DNA of 64,000 bases from Candidatus Anstonellales archaeon (GTDB lineage Archaea > Micrarchaeota > Micrarchaeia > Anstonellales > CG1-02-47-40): NCBI GenBank assembly GCA_038869735.1, contig JAWCQO010000001.1, positions 8,684-72,683 of the forward strand, in the 5' to 3' direction. Positions 39,286-48,921 of this stretch are shown here, one piece after another (positions within the stretch are counted from its first letter, which is position 1; the number at the start of each line of letters is the position of its first letter). The translations under genes were made by a program, and so were the position numbers. The notes under the pieces are model-generated. The model was not told where the DNA came from, ran no database searches, and was given only the letters and a program-made list of their open reading frames with translations.

Positions 39286-40713
39286 TTATCCTTTAATAAC
39301 TGCAACCGGCACCGTCTTTGCAACAATTCGTGAAATGCCGGCCTTTTGGACACTTAAGACGACCTCATCAACGTTTTTATAGGCAAGTGGTGCCTCTTCT
39401 GCAACTAACTCTCTGTCCCCGGCTTTTAGTAGGATATTTTTCTTTTCAAGAAGATCCTTGGCAATATCTTTGTCTCTGAATTCTTTTATTGCTTGACTCC
39501 TCGACATATCTCGTCCTGAACCGTGACAAGTTGAGCCCCATGTAAGTTCCATTGCCTTTTTTGTACCTATAAGAACGTATGAAGCTGTGCCCATTGACCC
39601 CGGGATTAAGACCGGCTGACCAACTGAACGATATGTGGGGGAGACGTCGTTGCAATCTGGTCCATAGGCACGGGTTGCACCTTTTCGATGAACACAAACA
39701 GTTATGCTTTTTCCGTTGTAAACGTGCTTTTCAAATTTTGCAATGTTGTGGCACACATCATAAATAAGAGGCATATTTTCAGAAGTTCCTTTTCCAAAAA
39801 CTTCATCAAAAGTTTCGCGAATCCAGTGCATCATAACGTGGCGGTTGTTAAAAGCGTAATTTATTGCACAGTTCATTCCTTTTATGTATTTTTCTGCTTC
39901 AGGTGAATTTATAGGCGCACAACAAAGTTCTTTGTCAGGAAGAGTTATGCCGTATTTTGATGAGGCTACTATCATTTCGTGCAAGGAATCGCTACAGACC
40001 TGATGACCGAATCCTCGAGAACCACAATGAAGCATAACAACTATTTTTCCCTTTTCAAGGCCAAATATCTTTGAGGTACGCTCATCTGCGACTTCTTGAA
40101 CTTTTTGTATTTCTACAAAATGATTTCCTGCTCCAACTGTTCCGAACTGTGGGGCGCCTCTTTTCTTTGCTGTTTTAGAGACCACAGAGGGATCTGCCCC
40201 CCCTATTCTTCCGAATTCTTCGCATCTCTCCTTGTCTTTTTTGGTCCCAAATCCTTTTTCTATGGCCCACTCAACTCCCCAAACCAGTGCTTCGTCTAAT
40301 TCCGACTCAGAAAGCTTTAGTCTTCCTTTTGAGCCTACACCACTTGGAACATTGCGAAAAAGCTTTTCAACAAGTTCACGCTTTTTTGGCTCAAGATCTT
40401 TTTCAGTAAGGTCAGTTGCTATAAGACGAACGCCGCAGTTGATATCATAGCCGACTCCGCCTGGAGAGATTATTCCCTCCTCTACACTAAATGCAGCAAC
40501 TCCTCCTATAGGGAACCCGTATCCTTCGTGTCCGTCAGGCATTACCATAGAAGCTTTGAGTATCCCTGGAAGTCTGGCTACATTTTTTAGTTGAGAAAGA
40601 GTTCTTCCACTTTTCATTTTTTCTACTAATACGTGACTCCCAAAAACCCACCCAGGGACGTTCATACCCTCTTCCTTTTCGATTTCCCAAACAGCTTCAG
40701 AAATCTCTCTCAT
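39286..40713 (-). CDS. rtcB: tRNA-splicing ligase RtcB
   Basis: MPDGHEGYGFPIGG, DINCG, GNHFVE, HRKGATR, HGSGR. Confidence 0.97.
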   Translation of the reverse strand: MREISEAVWEIEKEEGMNVPGWVFGSHVLVEKMKSGRTLSQLKNVARLPGILKASMVMPDGHEGYGFPIGGVAAFSVEEGIISPGGVGYDINCGVRLIATDLTEKDLEPKKRELVEKLFRNVPSGVGSKGRLKLSESELDEALVWGVEWAIEKGFGTKKDKERCEEFGRIGGADPSVVSKTAKKRGAPQFGTVGAGNHFVEIQKVQEVADERTSKIFGLEKGKIVVMLHCGSRGFGHQVCSDSLHEMIVASSKYGITLPDKELCCAPINSPEAEKYIKGMNCAINYAFNNRHVMMHWIRETFDEVFGKGTSENMPLIYDVCHNIAKFEKHVYNGKSITVCVHRKGATRAYGPDCNDVSPTYRSVGQPVLIPGSMGTASYVLIGTKKAMELTWGSTCHGSGRDMSRSQAIKEFRDKDIAKDLLEKKNILLKAGDRELVAEEAPLAYKNVDEVVLSVQKAGISRIVAKTVPVAVIKG

Positions 40714-40800
40714 CTTAAAAACCCACCAAGCAAGCTGAAGAGTATTTTAAGAGATTATTTTGAGAAATATGTTTTTTATACTTACTTACAAAATAACACT

Positions 40801-42681
40801 ATGAAGTTGCTTACGGTACATTGTGATTTTCTGGAATTTGAGCCAATTTCCAAAGCATTAGCGACTGCTGAGGAGGTAGAGAAAGGCAAAAGAAGGATTG
40901 AGGAGTGCTTGGTATGTTTTATTGGAGTAGAAAGAGGAGATGAGGGAGCTTCTGGATTGGCAGATAGTGCATCAGAAGAGATACGAAGCGTAGCAACTCA
41001 GGTTAAAAGTAGTCGGATTGTGCTTTATCCGTGGGTGCATCTCACTCAAAATCCTGCTAATCCAAATGCTGCTCTGAAAATTATGAAAGAAATTGAAAGT
41101 ATCATCAGTAAGTGGGGAACTTTTGAGGTCCATAGAGCTCCATTTGGATGGTACAAATCATTTGAGATAAAATGCAAAGGCCATCCTCTTTCTGAGTTGT
41201 CAAGAGATCTAAAGGGTGGCGAAAAGAGAGTAGAAAAAAAAGGTGGGGAAGCGATTTCTGCTTCGCTCTCGCTAGAGGACAAAATTTTAAAGAGATATTA
41301 TATATTGGATGAAACAGGAAATCTTACGGAGATAGAAAAATTTGATTTTTCAACTTACCCAACACTAAAGAAGTTTGCAGAGTATGAGATGAGGAAAGTA
41401 CGTGCATATGAAAAAGAGCCACCCCACATTAAGATGATGCATGAACATAATATAGCTGATAGCGAACCTGGCTCGGATTCTGGGAATTTAAGATGGTACC
41501 CAAATGGGAGGTTAATAAAAAGGCTTTTAGAAACTGCAATTTCGCAATACTGTATAAATTATGGAGCAATGGAAGTTGAGACTCCAATTATGTATGATTT
41601 TGAGCACCCAACACTAAAAAAATACTTAAACCGTTTTCCCGCGCGCCAATATGTTGTCCAATCTGACGATAAAAACTATTTTTTGAGGTTTGCTGCGTGT
41701 TTTGGACAGTTTCTTATTGTTCACGACACAGTGATATCTTATAGAATATTGCCGCTAAAAATATTTGAGCTTACACGATATTCTTTTAGAAGAGAGCAAA
41801 CGGGGGAGGTTACTGGCTTAAAGAGGCTTCGTGCATTTACTATGCCAGATATGCATACTCTGTGCGCTGACATGGAAAGTGCAAAGAAGGAGTTTACACA
41901 GCAGTTTGAAAAGGCTATGGAATGGATAGCTCTTCTTGGACTTGACTTGGAAGTGGGATTTAGGATAGAAAAAAATTTTTGGGATAAAAACAAAGAATGG
42001 GTTATTGAACTTACAAAAAAATTTAGGAAGCCATTTTTCGTAGAAATGTTTGATGAGAGATATGCTTACTTTATTGCAAAGTTTGAATTTAATTTTGTGG
42101 ATAGTGCAGGAAAGGCTGCTGCCCTTTCAACGGTTCAGATAGATGTTGAAAATGCCGATAACTATGATATAGCGTATACTGATTCTAGTGGAAGGAAGAA
42201 AAGACCAATTATTCTTCATGCTTCTATTTCCGGAAGTCTAGAAAGAGTGGTCTATGCACTTCTTGAATCAGCTGCTATGAAAATTGCGGAAGGTAAGAAA
42301 GCTATGTTGCCTCTTTGGCTTGCGCCGACTCAGGTTAGGGTTATACCGCTTTCTGAAAAATACATTGACTACGCACTTGCAATTGCAGATAAATTAAGCT
42401 CAAAGAATGTAAGAGTTGATGTAGATGATAGACAAGAAACTTTTGGAAAAAAGATAAGAGAGGCTGAAAGAGAGTGGATTCCCTACATAGCTGTTGTAGG
42501 AGAGAAAGAAATCAAAGAAAACAAGATTGCAGTTACAATAAGAAAAACAGCTGAAAAGAAAATGATGGAGGTAGACGAAGTAGCAGAAGAGATACATAAT
42601 TTAACAAAAGGAATGCCGTTTGAAAAGCTTAGCTTAAGCATTCTACTCTCAAAAAGACCGATTATTTACCAGATGCAATAG
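40801..42681 (+). CDS. thrS: Threonyl-tRNA synthetase (archaeal type with editing domain)
   Basis: MKLLTVHCD, YPWVHL, RAPFGWYKSF, LRFAACFG, LRAFTMPDMH; start at ATG 40801. Confidence 0.96.
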   Translation: MKLLTVHCDFLEFEPISKALATAEEVEKGKRRIEECLVCFIGVERGDEGASGLADSASEEIRSVATQVKSSRIVLYPWVHLTQNPANPNAALKIMKEIESIISKWGTFEVHRAPFGWYKSFEIKCKGHPLSELSRDLKGGEKRVEKKGGEAISASLSLEDKILKRYYILDETGNLTEIEKFDFSTYPTLKKFAEYEMRKVRAYEKEPPHIKMMHEHNIADSEPGSDSGNLRWYPNGRLIKRLLETAISQYCINYGAMEVETPIMYDFEHPTLKKYLNRFPARQYVVQSDDKNYFLRFAACFGQFLIVHDTVISYRILPLKIFELTRYSFRREQTGEVTGLKRLRAFTMPDMHTLCADMESAKKEFTQQFEKAMEWIALLGLDLEVGFRIEKNFWDKNKEWVIELTKKFRKPFFVEMFDERYAYFIAKFEFNFVDSAGKAAALSTVQIDVENADNYDIAYTDSSGRKKRPIILHASISGSLERVVYALLESAAMKIAEGKKAMLPLWLAPTQVRVIPLSEKYIDYALAIADKLSSKNVRVDVDDRQETFGKKIREAEREWIPYIAVVGEKEIKENKIAVTIRKTAEKKMMEVDEVAEEIHNLTKGMPFEKLSLSILLSKRPIIYQMQ

Positions 42682-43345
42682 AGGGCATGCACGCAAGCGC
42701 CATTTCTAAAAGAAGATTTTTTGGTCTTGAAGACATTACAAATGCTGATGAGAGCAAAACCCCAGACGTGCCTAATTCTATTGCCCTTTTTACATCTTTG
42801 GCAGTTGATATTCCTGCACCACACAAAACAGGTATGTCTGCAATTGATTTTACTTGTTTTATTGCTCTAATCACAACTTGTGGTTTTGCTACTGAAACTG
42901 AAATGCCTGTTCCAATTAGTTCAGGTGGCTCAATAGCTATATAATCCGGGTTTAAATTTGCAGCCATTTTTAGCTCGCGTGCGTTGGCTGCGCAGATAAT
43001 AAGCTCAAGTGATAGCTTCCTAGCAATATTGATTATGGATATAAGCTCTTCTTTTTTTATCTTTCTTTCAGCGTGATTTAGCATTATTCCAGTTGCACCT
43101 GCGTCCTTTATTGCAAACGGTATTAGTGACCCTGTATGGGCACCTGCTTCAAAACCTTCGGCGGTCTGAGCAAAAACCTCTACTCCTGTTCGGGTGCATT
43201 CTCTCAAGTCGACTGACTGAGGGCAGCAGATTATTCTAGTACCTGTCTTTTTTGAAACGAGTTTTGCAACTTTGCAAAGTTCGACCGCCCTTTTTCCTGT
43301 GGATTCTTTATATGCTTTGAAATTGAGTACTATGAAAGGCTTCAT
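42662..43345 (-). CDS. tpiA: Triosephosphate isomerase (archaeal type)
   Basis: NFKAY, NHAE, IEPPELIGTG, LCGAGI. Confidence 0.95.
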   Translation of the reverse strand: MKPFIVLNFKAYKESTGKRAVELCKVAKLVSKKTGTRIICCPQSVDLRECTRTGVEVFAQTAEGFEAGAHTGSLIPFAIKDAGATGIMLNHAERKIKKEELISIINIARKLSLELIICAANARELKMAANLNPDYIAIEPPELIGTGISVSVAKPQVVIRAIKQVKSIADIPVLCGAGISTAKDVKRAIELGTSGVLLSSAFVMSSRPKNLLLEMALACMPSIASGK

Positions 43346-43422
43346 AGGTATTACCCTTGATGAATCAAGATTAAACACTCAAGATTAATAATAATTTAAT
43401 AGATAACTTTTAGAGTATATGT

Positions 43423-43562
43423 GCCGAGGTCGCATAATCTGGTAGTGCGCCAGTCTCGAAACTTTGAGAACGGTTGTGAGAGAACTGGTCCCTTAATGGG
43501 GTTAGGAGTTCGAACGGGCAAGCCTTCAATTATGGCGGCTTCTGAATCTCTCCTCCTCGGCG
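43423..43562 (+). tRNA. trnS: tRNA-Ser(CGA) with two introns: 37/38 (43461-43482) and 59/60 (43515-43548)
   Basis: GCCGAGG/CCTCGGC acceptor, CCAGT-CTCGAA^A-ACTGG, long variable arm, AGGAG-TTCGAA^T-CTCCT; BHB-like helices CTCG/TGAG and TTCG/TGAA. Confidence 0.9.
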
Positions 43563-44192
43563 TTTTGCTATTTTTGATTTTTCTTTTTCCTCACAAACTA
43601 TGAGAGCGTGGTATTCTTGATAAAGCTCGTAACTTTTTTTCAGGTTTTTTTCGAATATCTCCTTCATTTGCTCATACGTAAGACTCTCTGAGGGAATGGC
43701 TATACTAGCAAGAAATCGCTTTGTGTATTCATCTATCACAAAAGTCGGCACTTTGTAGGCATAAAGGAGTATTGAATCTGCTGTTTCTGGTCCGATGCCC
43801 CAAACCTTCAAAAGCTCTGTGCGTGTCGGAGTCCTACCCCGAAGTGATATATAGAACTTGGAAAACTCACAAAGTTTTCTTGTTTTTTGGTTGGAGTAAC
43901 CTGCCGGAGTTATTGCTTTTTTTAATTTTTTTCTGTCTTGCCGAAGGATGAGCTGGGGGTCAAGAAGAGAGAGGCTGTGGAGATTTTCAATTGATTTATA
44001 GGCACCTGTCCAAGATGTATTTTGGGTAAGAATTGCGCCTATGCATATTTCAAATTTTTGCTTTTCTGATTTTGGGTACGTGTAATCCCGAGGATGATAA
44101 CCAATTGATATAAGCGGCCACCAGCCCTGGTAACCATGTTTTCTAAGAAGGTGGCGATATAGGGATTGTAGCTTTGAGCGAAAGTCGTCCAT
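43530..44192 (-). CDS. Endonuclease III-like HhH-GPD protein lacking the Fe-S motif
   Basis: GWWP, FEICIGAILTQNTSW, GIGPETADSILLYA, EYHALIV. Confidence 0.88.
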   Translation of the reverse strand: MDDFRSKLQSLYRHLLRKHGYQGWWPLISIGYHPRDYTYPKSEKQKFEICIGAILTQNTSWTGAYKSIENLHSLSLLDPQLILRQDRKKLKKAITPAGYSNQKTRKLCEFSKFYISLRGRTPTRTELLKVWGIGPETADSILLYAYKVPTFVIDEYTKRFLASIAIPSESLTYEQMKEIFEKNLKKSYELYQEYHALIVCEEKEKSKIAKRRGGEIQKPP

Positions 44193-44242
44193 GTTTTTAA
44201 AATATGAATGAAAAATTAATATGCTTGAACTTGTTCATATGC

Positions 44243-44314
44243 GCCTCCGTAGCTCAGTGGTAGAGCGCCTGTCTCGTAAACAGGAGGTCACGAGTTCAAA
44301 TCTCGTCGGGGGCT
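44243..44314 (+). tRNA. trnT: tRNA-Thr(CGT), intronless
   Basis: GCCTCCG/CGGGGGC acceptor, CCTGT-CTCGTAA-ACAGG, TTCAAAT T-loop. Confidence 0.95.
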
Positions 44315-44375
44315 TCGGATTCAAAAGTGTTAAATATAAGAAAAAAGAAAAGTCGCTTGGAGGGGGGTAGGAACA

Positions 44376-44687
44376 ATGAAAAGAATCTATGAAATAATGA
44401 TAGAAAAGAAAGCAGATTTAAAAAAAATACTTGAAGACGATCCTTATGGATTATTTTCATTTGCAAAGAACGGCTATAAGCTCCGTGATGGGGACGTTAT
44501 TGGCGAGGATAAAAACAAGTGTTATCTCTACTTAGTAAGCGAGGAGGAGAAATTCTTTGAGTTTGCAAAAAAGAAGTTGAGTGGAATTGGAAATGAAGCA
44601 AATGTAGAAGTCGCTAGAAGGGTTGCTGAAAAAATAGAAAACGAAGAAACCAGTGCAGAGATAGGGATGGGAACAATATTTGGTTAA
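44376..44687 (+). CDS. Hypothetical protein
   Basis: 103-aa ORF with SD-like GGAGGGGG upstream; ends AEIGMGTIFG. Confidence 0.65.
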   Translation: MKRIYEIMIEKKADLKKILEDDPYGLFSFAKNGYKLRDGDVIGEDKNKCYLYLVSEEEKFFEFAKKKLSGIGNEANVEVARRVAEKIENEETSAEIGMGTIFG

Positions 44688-44696
44688 TTTTGAAAG

Positions 44697-44765
44697 ATGA
44701 TGATATCGAGGTATTTCTGAATCTTGGCTCTGACCAGGATGATGACGAAGGTCTTGAGTTGCTGA
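44697..44765 (+). ncRNA. Box C/D sRNA
   Basis: Perfect boxes C 44697, D' 44717, C' 44739, D 44762; hairpin between D' and C'; fills the intergenic gap. Confidence 0.85.
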
Positions 44766-44766
44766 A

Positions 44767-45582
44767 TCAATTTTTATTTCCCATATAGATAAAAAAGAAA
44801 ATAATCAAATAGGTGAAATAAACAACGAACTGCTCAAGTGAGGGGTTAGTGTCATACCCTATTAAGCCTTTTAGTATACTTCCAATATATCCCTTTTCAT
44901 GAAAGAGAGGGTAACTTCCATCTGAGTTTATTGGTGGGGTGAAGTCATAAACTGATTTTATTGAAGTTGGGAGGATGCCAGCTTCTTGAAGTTCGTGCAC
45001 TCCTTGAGAAAGAAGGCCTGCTGATAAAAGAGCTAGTATAGTGGTTGTTATCTTGAAAAACAAGTGAAGATTGACTCTTTTTGAGTATTCAAAGATAGCT
45101 ATACCAACCATAACTGCACTTGCAAGCCCCAATATTGATGAAACAAGCGAAAGAGAACCAGTTGATAAGTATATCCCTGCCAGAAATAAAACGGATTCTA
45201 CTCCCTCTCTAAAAACGGATACGAACGCGAGCGAAAAGAGAGCTAAAGAAGATGAAGATAGCAAAGTCGCCTTTACATCCGCTTGAATCTTTTTTTCAAT
45301 ATCTTTTTGTTTTATCATCCATAGCATAAACCACGTCACAAGAAGAGACGCCATAATCATAAAAACTCCTTCAAAAACCTCTTCAATCTCTTTAAATCCA
45401 CCAAGAAAATGGCTCACAAATATGGCAAATATGATACTTGCTAAAACTCCGCTACACGCCCCAACCCAGATATGTTTTTCATGCTGTATGTTTTTTGTTT
45501 TGTGAAGAAAAGTTAGCATTATCCCGATAATCAAGGCTGCTTCTATACTTTCCCTAAAAAGGACTATAAATTCTGCAAGCAT
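44767..45582 (-). CDS. FTR1/EfeU iron permease
   Basis: Two RExxE motifs (RESIE, REGVE), GVHELQEAG, multiple TM helices. Confidence 0.92.
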   Translation of the reverse strand: MLAEFIVLFRESIEAALIIGIMLTFLHKTKNIQHEKHIWVGACSGVLASIIFAIFVSHFLGGFKEIEEVFEGVFMIMASLLVTWFMLWMIKQKDIEKKIQADVKATLLSSSSLALFSLAFVSVFREGVESVLFLAGIYLSTGSLSLVSSILGLASAVMVGIAIFEYSKRVNLHLFFKITTTILALLSAGLLSQGVHELQEAGILPTSIKSVYDFTPPINSDGSYPLFHEKGYIGSILKGLIGYDTNPSLEQFVVYFTYLIIFFFIYMGNKN

Positions 45583-45658
45583 GAAACGTATTTCATTTTA
45601 AAAGTTTAAAAAGATTACATGAATAGACTTAAGTCAGATGGATTTGTAGGGTATCTGA

Positions 45659-45841
45659 ATGGAGCATATGGATGCTTTTGCAAAAAGACTCGCATATTCA
45701 ATAGTAGGCGGGGCACTTGTTGGCATACTGGTCATGCTCTTTTTTCTTAAAGAGTATCCTCTCTATGTGGGCGTTGTTGTTGGCTCTATTTTAGGAGCTG
45801 TTTTTGCTATTGTTGTTGGAAGTCTTGAAAAAGAGATCTAA
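45659..45841 (+). CDS. Small two-TM membrane protein
   Basis: Two glycine-rich hydrophobic helices; fills the gap between FTR1 and argH. Confidence 0.55.
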   Translation: MEHMDAFAKRLAYSIVGGALVGILVMLFFLKEYPLYVGVVVGSILGAVFAIVVGSLEKEI

Positions 45842-47232
45842 ATTCGCAACTGTGATTTTTTTCTTAATCTGAAAACCGCCCTTTTGTAAGCCGACAAGTC
45901 AATATGTGCCATATCAAATCTGGCATCAGCTGATTTGTCAGGATTTGTTGCTATTTTTAGCTCTTCATCTGAGATTTTTATTCCGGATTTAAGCTCAAGT
46001 TCTTTTGATGTAAGCGAGGAGAGATAAATTTCTTTTTGTATGCATTCTTTTACTATTTTTCCAGTAAGCTCATGTGCTTCTCTAAATGGAATTCCTTTTT
46101 TGCAAAGAAGGTCCGCAAGTTCGGTGGAACAAGCGTATCCTTTTTCAAGCTCGTATATTACTTCTTCTTTGTTAATCTTGATTTGAGGTAATACCTCTGA
46201 CATTAGAGAGATAGATTCTTTGGTCATATCAATTGAGGAGAAAAGTAGTGGTTTGATCTCTTGCGTATCTGAGTTGAACCCTGAAGGAAGTCCTTTTAGT
46301 ATAGTAAGGATTGACAGCAAATTTCCTATCGTGCGAGAAGCTCTAGCACGCATAATTTCCAGAAAGTCAGCGTTCTTTTTTTGAGGCATAATAGATGAGC
46401 CAGTACAATAAGCATCTGGTATTTCTATAATCCCTTTTTCGGATAAAAATAGGAATTCTTCTGATATGCGTGAGAGCTTAATCATAATTGAGGAGAGGAT
46501 ATAGACGAATTCACTTTCTAGTTCCCCTCTGTTTGTTGAAACGTCATGAGCATTATCTTGCACGCCTTGAAAGCCAAGTAACTTAGCAGTGTACTCTCTA
46601 TTTATATTCCAAGTTGTACCGGCAACTGCGCATGCACCAAGAGGATTTTGATTTATGCGTGAGTGGAGATTAAAAATCCGTTCCAAATCCCTCAAAATGG
46701 CCCTCTTATAGCTATCTGCCCAAAAGGCAAGGGTTATTGGTTGAGCAACGCGTGTGTGAGTGTAGGAAATGAATGGGAGATTTATTTTTTTCAATAGGTC
46801 AAGTGAAGTGCAAAGATTTAGAATCATTAATGCAATACTTATAAGCTCATCACGCATGTAAAGGCGCATATCTAGAATAACTTGATCGTTTCTTGAGCGT
46901 GCTGTGTGCATCTTCTTTCCGTGAGGGGTCATTTTCGAAACTTCAACTTCTATATTCATATGAACATCTTCCAACGAAGGATTAAGGGAAAACTGACCTT
47001 TTTTGTATTTTTTTAATAGCTTTTCAAGTGCCTTGATAATCGATGCTGCTTCCTTTTTGGTTAGTATGTTCTGGTGCCTGAGCATCTTGACATGGGCAAT
47101 CGAACCAATTATATCATAAGGTATAAGGCGATAGTCGTTTACAATGTTCTCTTTGCTGTTGTAAGATAGCAAATTTGCTTTAGGTGTTTGCGAAAACCTG
47201 CCTCCCCATAGCATATTCTTTGTGTTTTTCAT
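45838..47232 (-). CDS. argH: Argininosuccinate lyase
   Basis: LWGGRF, EDVH, HTARSRNDQ, TGSSIMPQKKN, PFREAH. Confidence 0.96.
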   Translation of the reverse strand: MKNTKNMLWGGRFSQTPKANLLSYNSKENIVNDYRLIPYDIIGSIAHVKMLRHQNILTKKEAASIIKALEKLLKKYKKGQFSLNPSLEDVHMNIEVEVSKMTPHGKKMHTARSRNDQVILDMRLYMRDELISIALMILNLCTSLDLLKKINLPFISYTHTRVAQPITLAFWADSYKRAILRDLERIFNLHSRINQNPLGACAVAGTTWNINREYTAKLLGFQGVQDNAHDVSTNRGELESEFVYILSSIMIKLSRISEEFLFLSEKGIIEIPDAYCTGSSIMPQKKNADFLEIMRARASRTIGNLLSILTILKGLPSGFNSDTQEIKPLLFSSIDMTKESISLMSEVLPQIKINKEEVIYELEKGYACSTELADLLCKKGIPFREAHELTGKIVKECIQKEIYLSSLTSKELELKSGIKISDEELKIATNPDKSADARFDMAHIDLSAYKRAVFRLRKKSQLRI

Positions 47233-47268
47233 AGATTGGATAGTAACACCTAAGTTTTAAATGTTTCA

Positions 47269-47877
47269 TTATTTTTCTACTCTTCTTTTTGGTTTTGAAA
47301 TATATGTCCTTAGCAACTGAAATGTTCGCTCAGTATCGCTTGCGCTTAAAACAAGGATAGTGTCGTAATGACATGATATAACTTCCACAACATTTATCCC
47401 TTCTTGAGCAAGTGTATTTAGAATCAAGGAAACCACACCGGGGGTACTCTCAAGCTCTTTTCCTGAGCATATTGTAATCATATCTACATTTTTTATAAGT
47501 CGCTCGTAATGTCTTATATTTGCAATGTTCTCTTGGTCAACAACTGACATTATCCCGCTTTTGCTAGTGGAGACTGCAAGGACAGGAACTTTTAGAGGGG
47601 CTTTTGATATAACGACGCACAGACCTGTCCGAACCTCAATAGTGCTGCGTTTGAGAACATTTAAGGCGTTTTCTTCTATCTTGTCGAAATAATCTTCTTT
47701 TTTTGATTCTCTCAAAAGGGCAGCGCGTATTGCGACGTGGGCTTTCTTATTTTGATAAAGCTCAAGCGCTAGCAACTTCGCAAGTGAAGAACAGTTTATT
47801 ATTTTGTCTTTTAAGTGTCTTCTAAGGATAGGGCGTGCGCGAAGGTACAAACGAATATCTTGAGAGTAGTTTGGCAT
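47269..47877 (-). CDS. ACT-domain protein with N-terminal helical (probable DNA-binding) domain
   Basis: IINCSSLAK..AIRAALLR; ACT-like TPGVVSLILNTLAQEGINVVEVISCHYD. Confidence 0.75.
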   Translation of the reverse strand: MPNYSQDIRLYLRARPILRRHLKDKIINCSSLAKLLALELYQNKKAHVAIRAALLRESKKEDYFDKIEENALNVLKRSTIEVRTGLCVVISKAPLKVPVLAVSTSKSGIMSVVDQENIANIRHYERLIKNVDMITICSGKELESTPGVVSLILNTLAQEGINVVEVISCHYDTILVLSASDTERTFQLLRTYISKPKRRVEK

Positions 47878-47995
47878 GACAGGGTTATGGTAAAAGCTGG
47901 TATAAAAGATAGATGTTTAAAATTTAACAAAATAGTCATTTTGGATTGAAGTTTTAACATTACTTAAATTTAATTTTGCATTTAAAATTAAAGTC

Positions 47996-48847
47996 ATGGA
48001 GATTGGAGTTGTTTACTCTTTTGTTGGTTTTGAGACGAAGGAGATTTTTCATTCCGCCCAAAAAAGTGGAGTTATGCTTAGAAGGATAAAGGATGAGGAA
48101 GCCGTCCTTGACATACAAAAAAACGGGGATGCGTTTCCGGACCTAAGCTTTATGCGTTCTGTGTCAACTTCAAGAAGTATTTACATATCAAAGTATCTGG
48201 AATGCAGCGGAAAGAGAAGCATAAATAAAAGCAATACGTTTGAGGTGTGTGGGGATAAAGCATTAACTTCAATGATGCTTGCCAAGGAAGGTATAGAGAC
48301 CCCAAAAACGGTTATCTGCTTCAGCCCAGAGGTTGCAAAAAAAAGCGCTGATATTATTAGTTATCCTTACGTCGTTAAGCCTGTCGTTGGAAGTTGGGGC
48401 AGGTTAGTACATAAGGTTAACGACCCCGAAGCTGCAACTGCTATTTTTGAATACAAGGAGCTTATGCAGAATCCGATGCACAGGATTTATTATATGCAGG
48501 AGTATATAGAAAAAGAGGGCAAAGACATTCGCGTGATAGTTTGCGGAACAGAAGTAATTGGGGCAATTTCTCGAATTTCAAACAATGGCGATTTCAGAAC
48601 AAACCATCATTTGGGCGGTATGGTGGAGGAGTATAGAATTGAAGGGGAGATTGAGGAGGTATGTGCAAAGATTGGCGAAGTTTTTGGTGGTGAGGAGATA
48701 TTGGGTATAGATTTGGCTAAATCAACGGATGGCTTAAAGGTACTTGAAGTAAACCACACTCCGGAGTTTACAGGATTTTGTAAAGCTACCGGAACAAATG
48801 TAGCGGATAAGATGATTGAACATATAAAAAGAATAATAAAATCATAG
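47996..48847 (+). CDS. LysX/ArgX (RimK family) ATP-grasp ligase
   Basis: CGDKALTS, KPVVGSWGRLV, QEYI, DIRV, EVNHTPEF. Confidence 0.85.
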   Translation: MEIGVVYSFVGFETKEIFHSAQKSGVMLRRIKDEEAVLDIQKNGDAFPDLSFMRSVSTSRSIYISKYLECSGKRSINKSNTFEVCGDKALTSMMLAKEGIETPKTVICFSPEVAKKSADIISYPYVVKPVVGSWGRLVHKVNDPEAATAIFEYKELMQNPMHRIYYMQEYIEKEGKDIRVIVCGTEVIGAISRISNNGDFRTNHHLGGMVEEYRIEGEIEEVCAKIGEVFGGEEILGIDLAKSTDGLKVLEVNHTPEFTGFCKATGTNVADKMIEHIKRIIKS

Positions 48848-48921
48848 AAGAATAAAACTTGAAACACATTATAGTATAGATTATAAATACTTCTATGTAA
48901 ATTATTATCCTTGGGTTTTCT

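Noticed and set aside
40633..40800. N-terminal extension of ThrRS in the ORF track
   Set aside because: Overlaps the rtcB start; family N-terminus begins at ATG 40801
43421..43603. 60-aa ORF
   Set aside because: Overlaps tRNA-Ser
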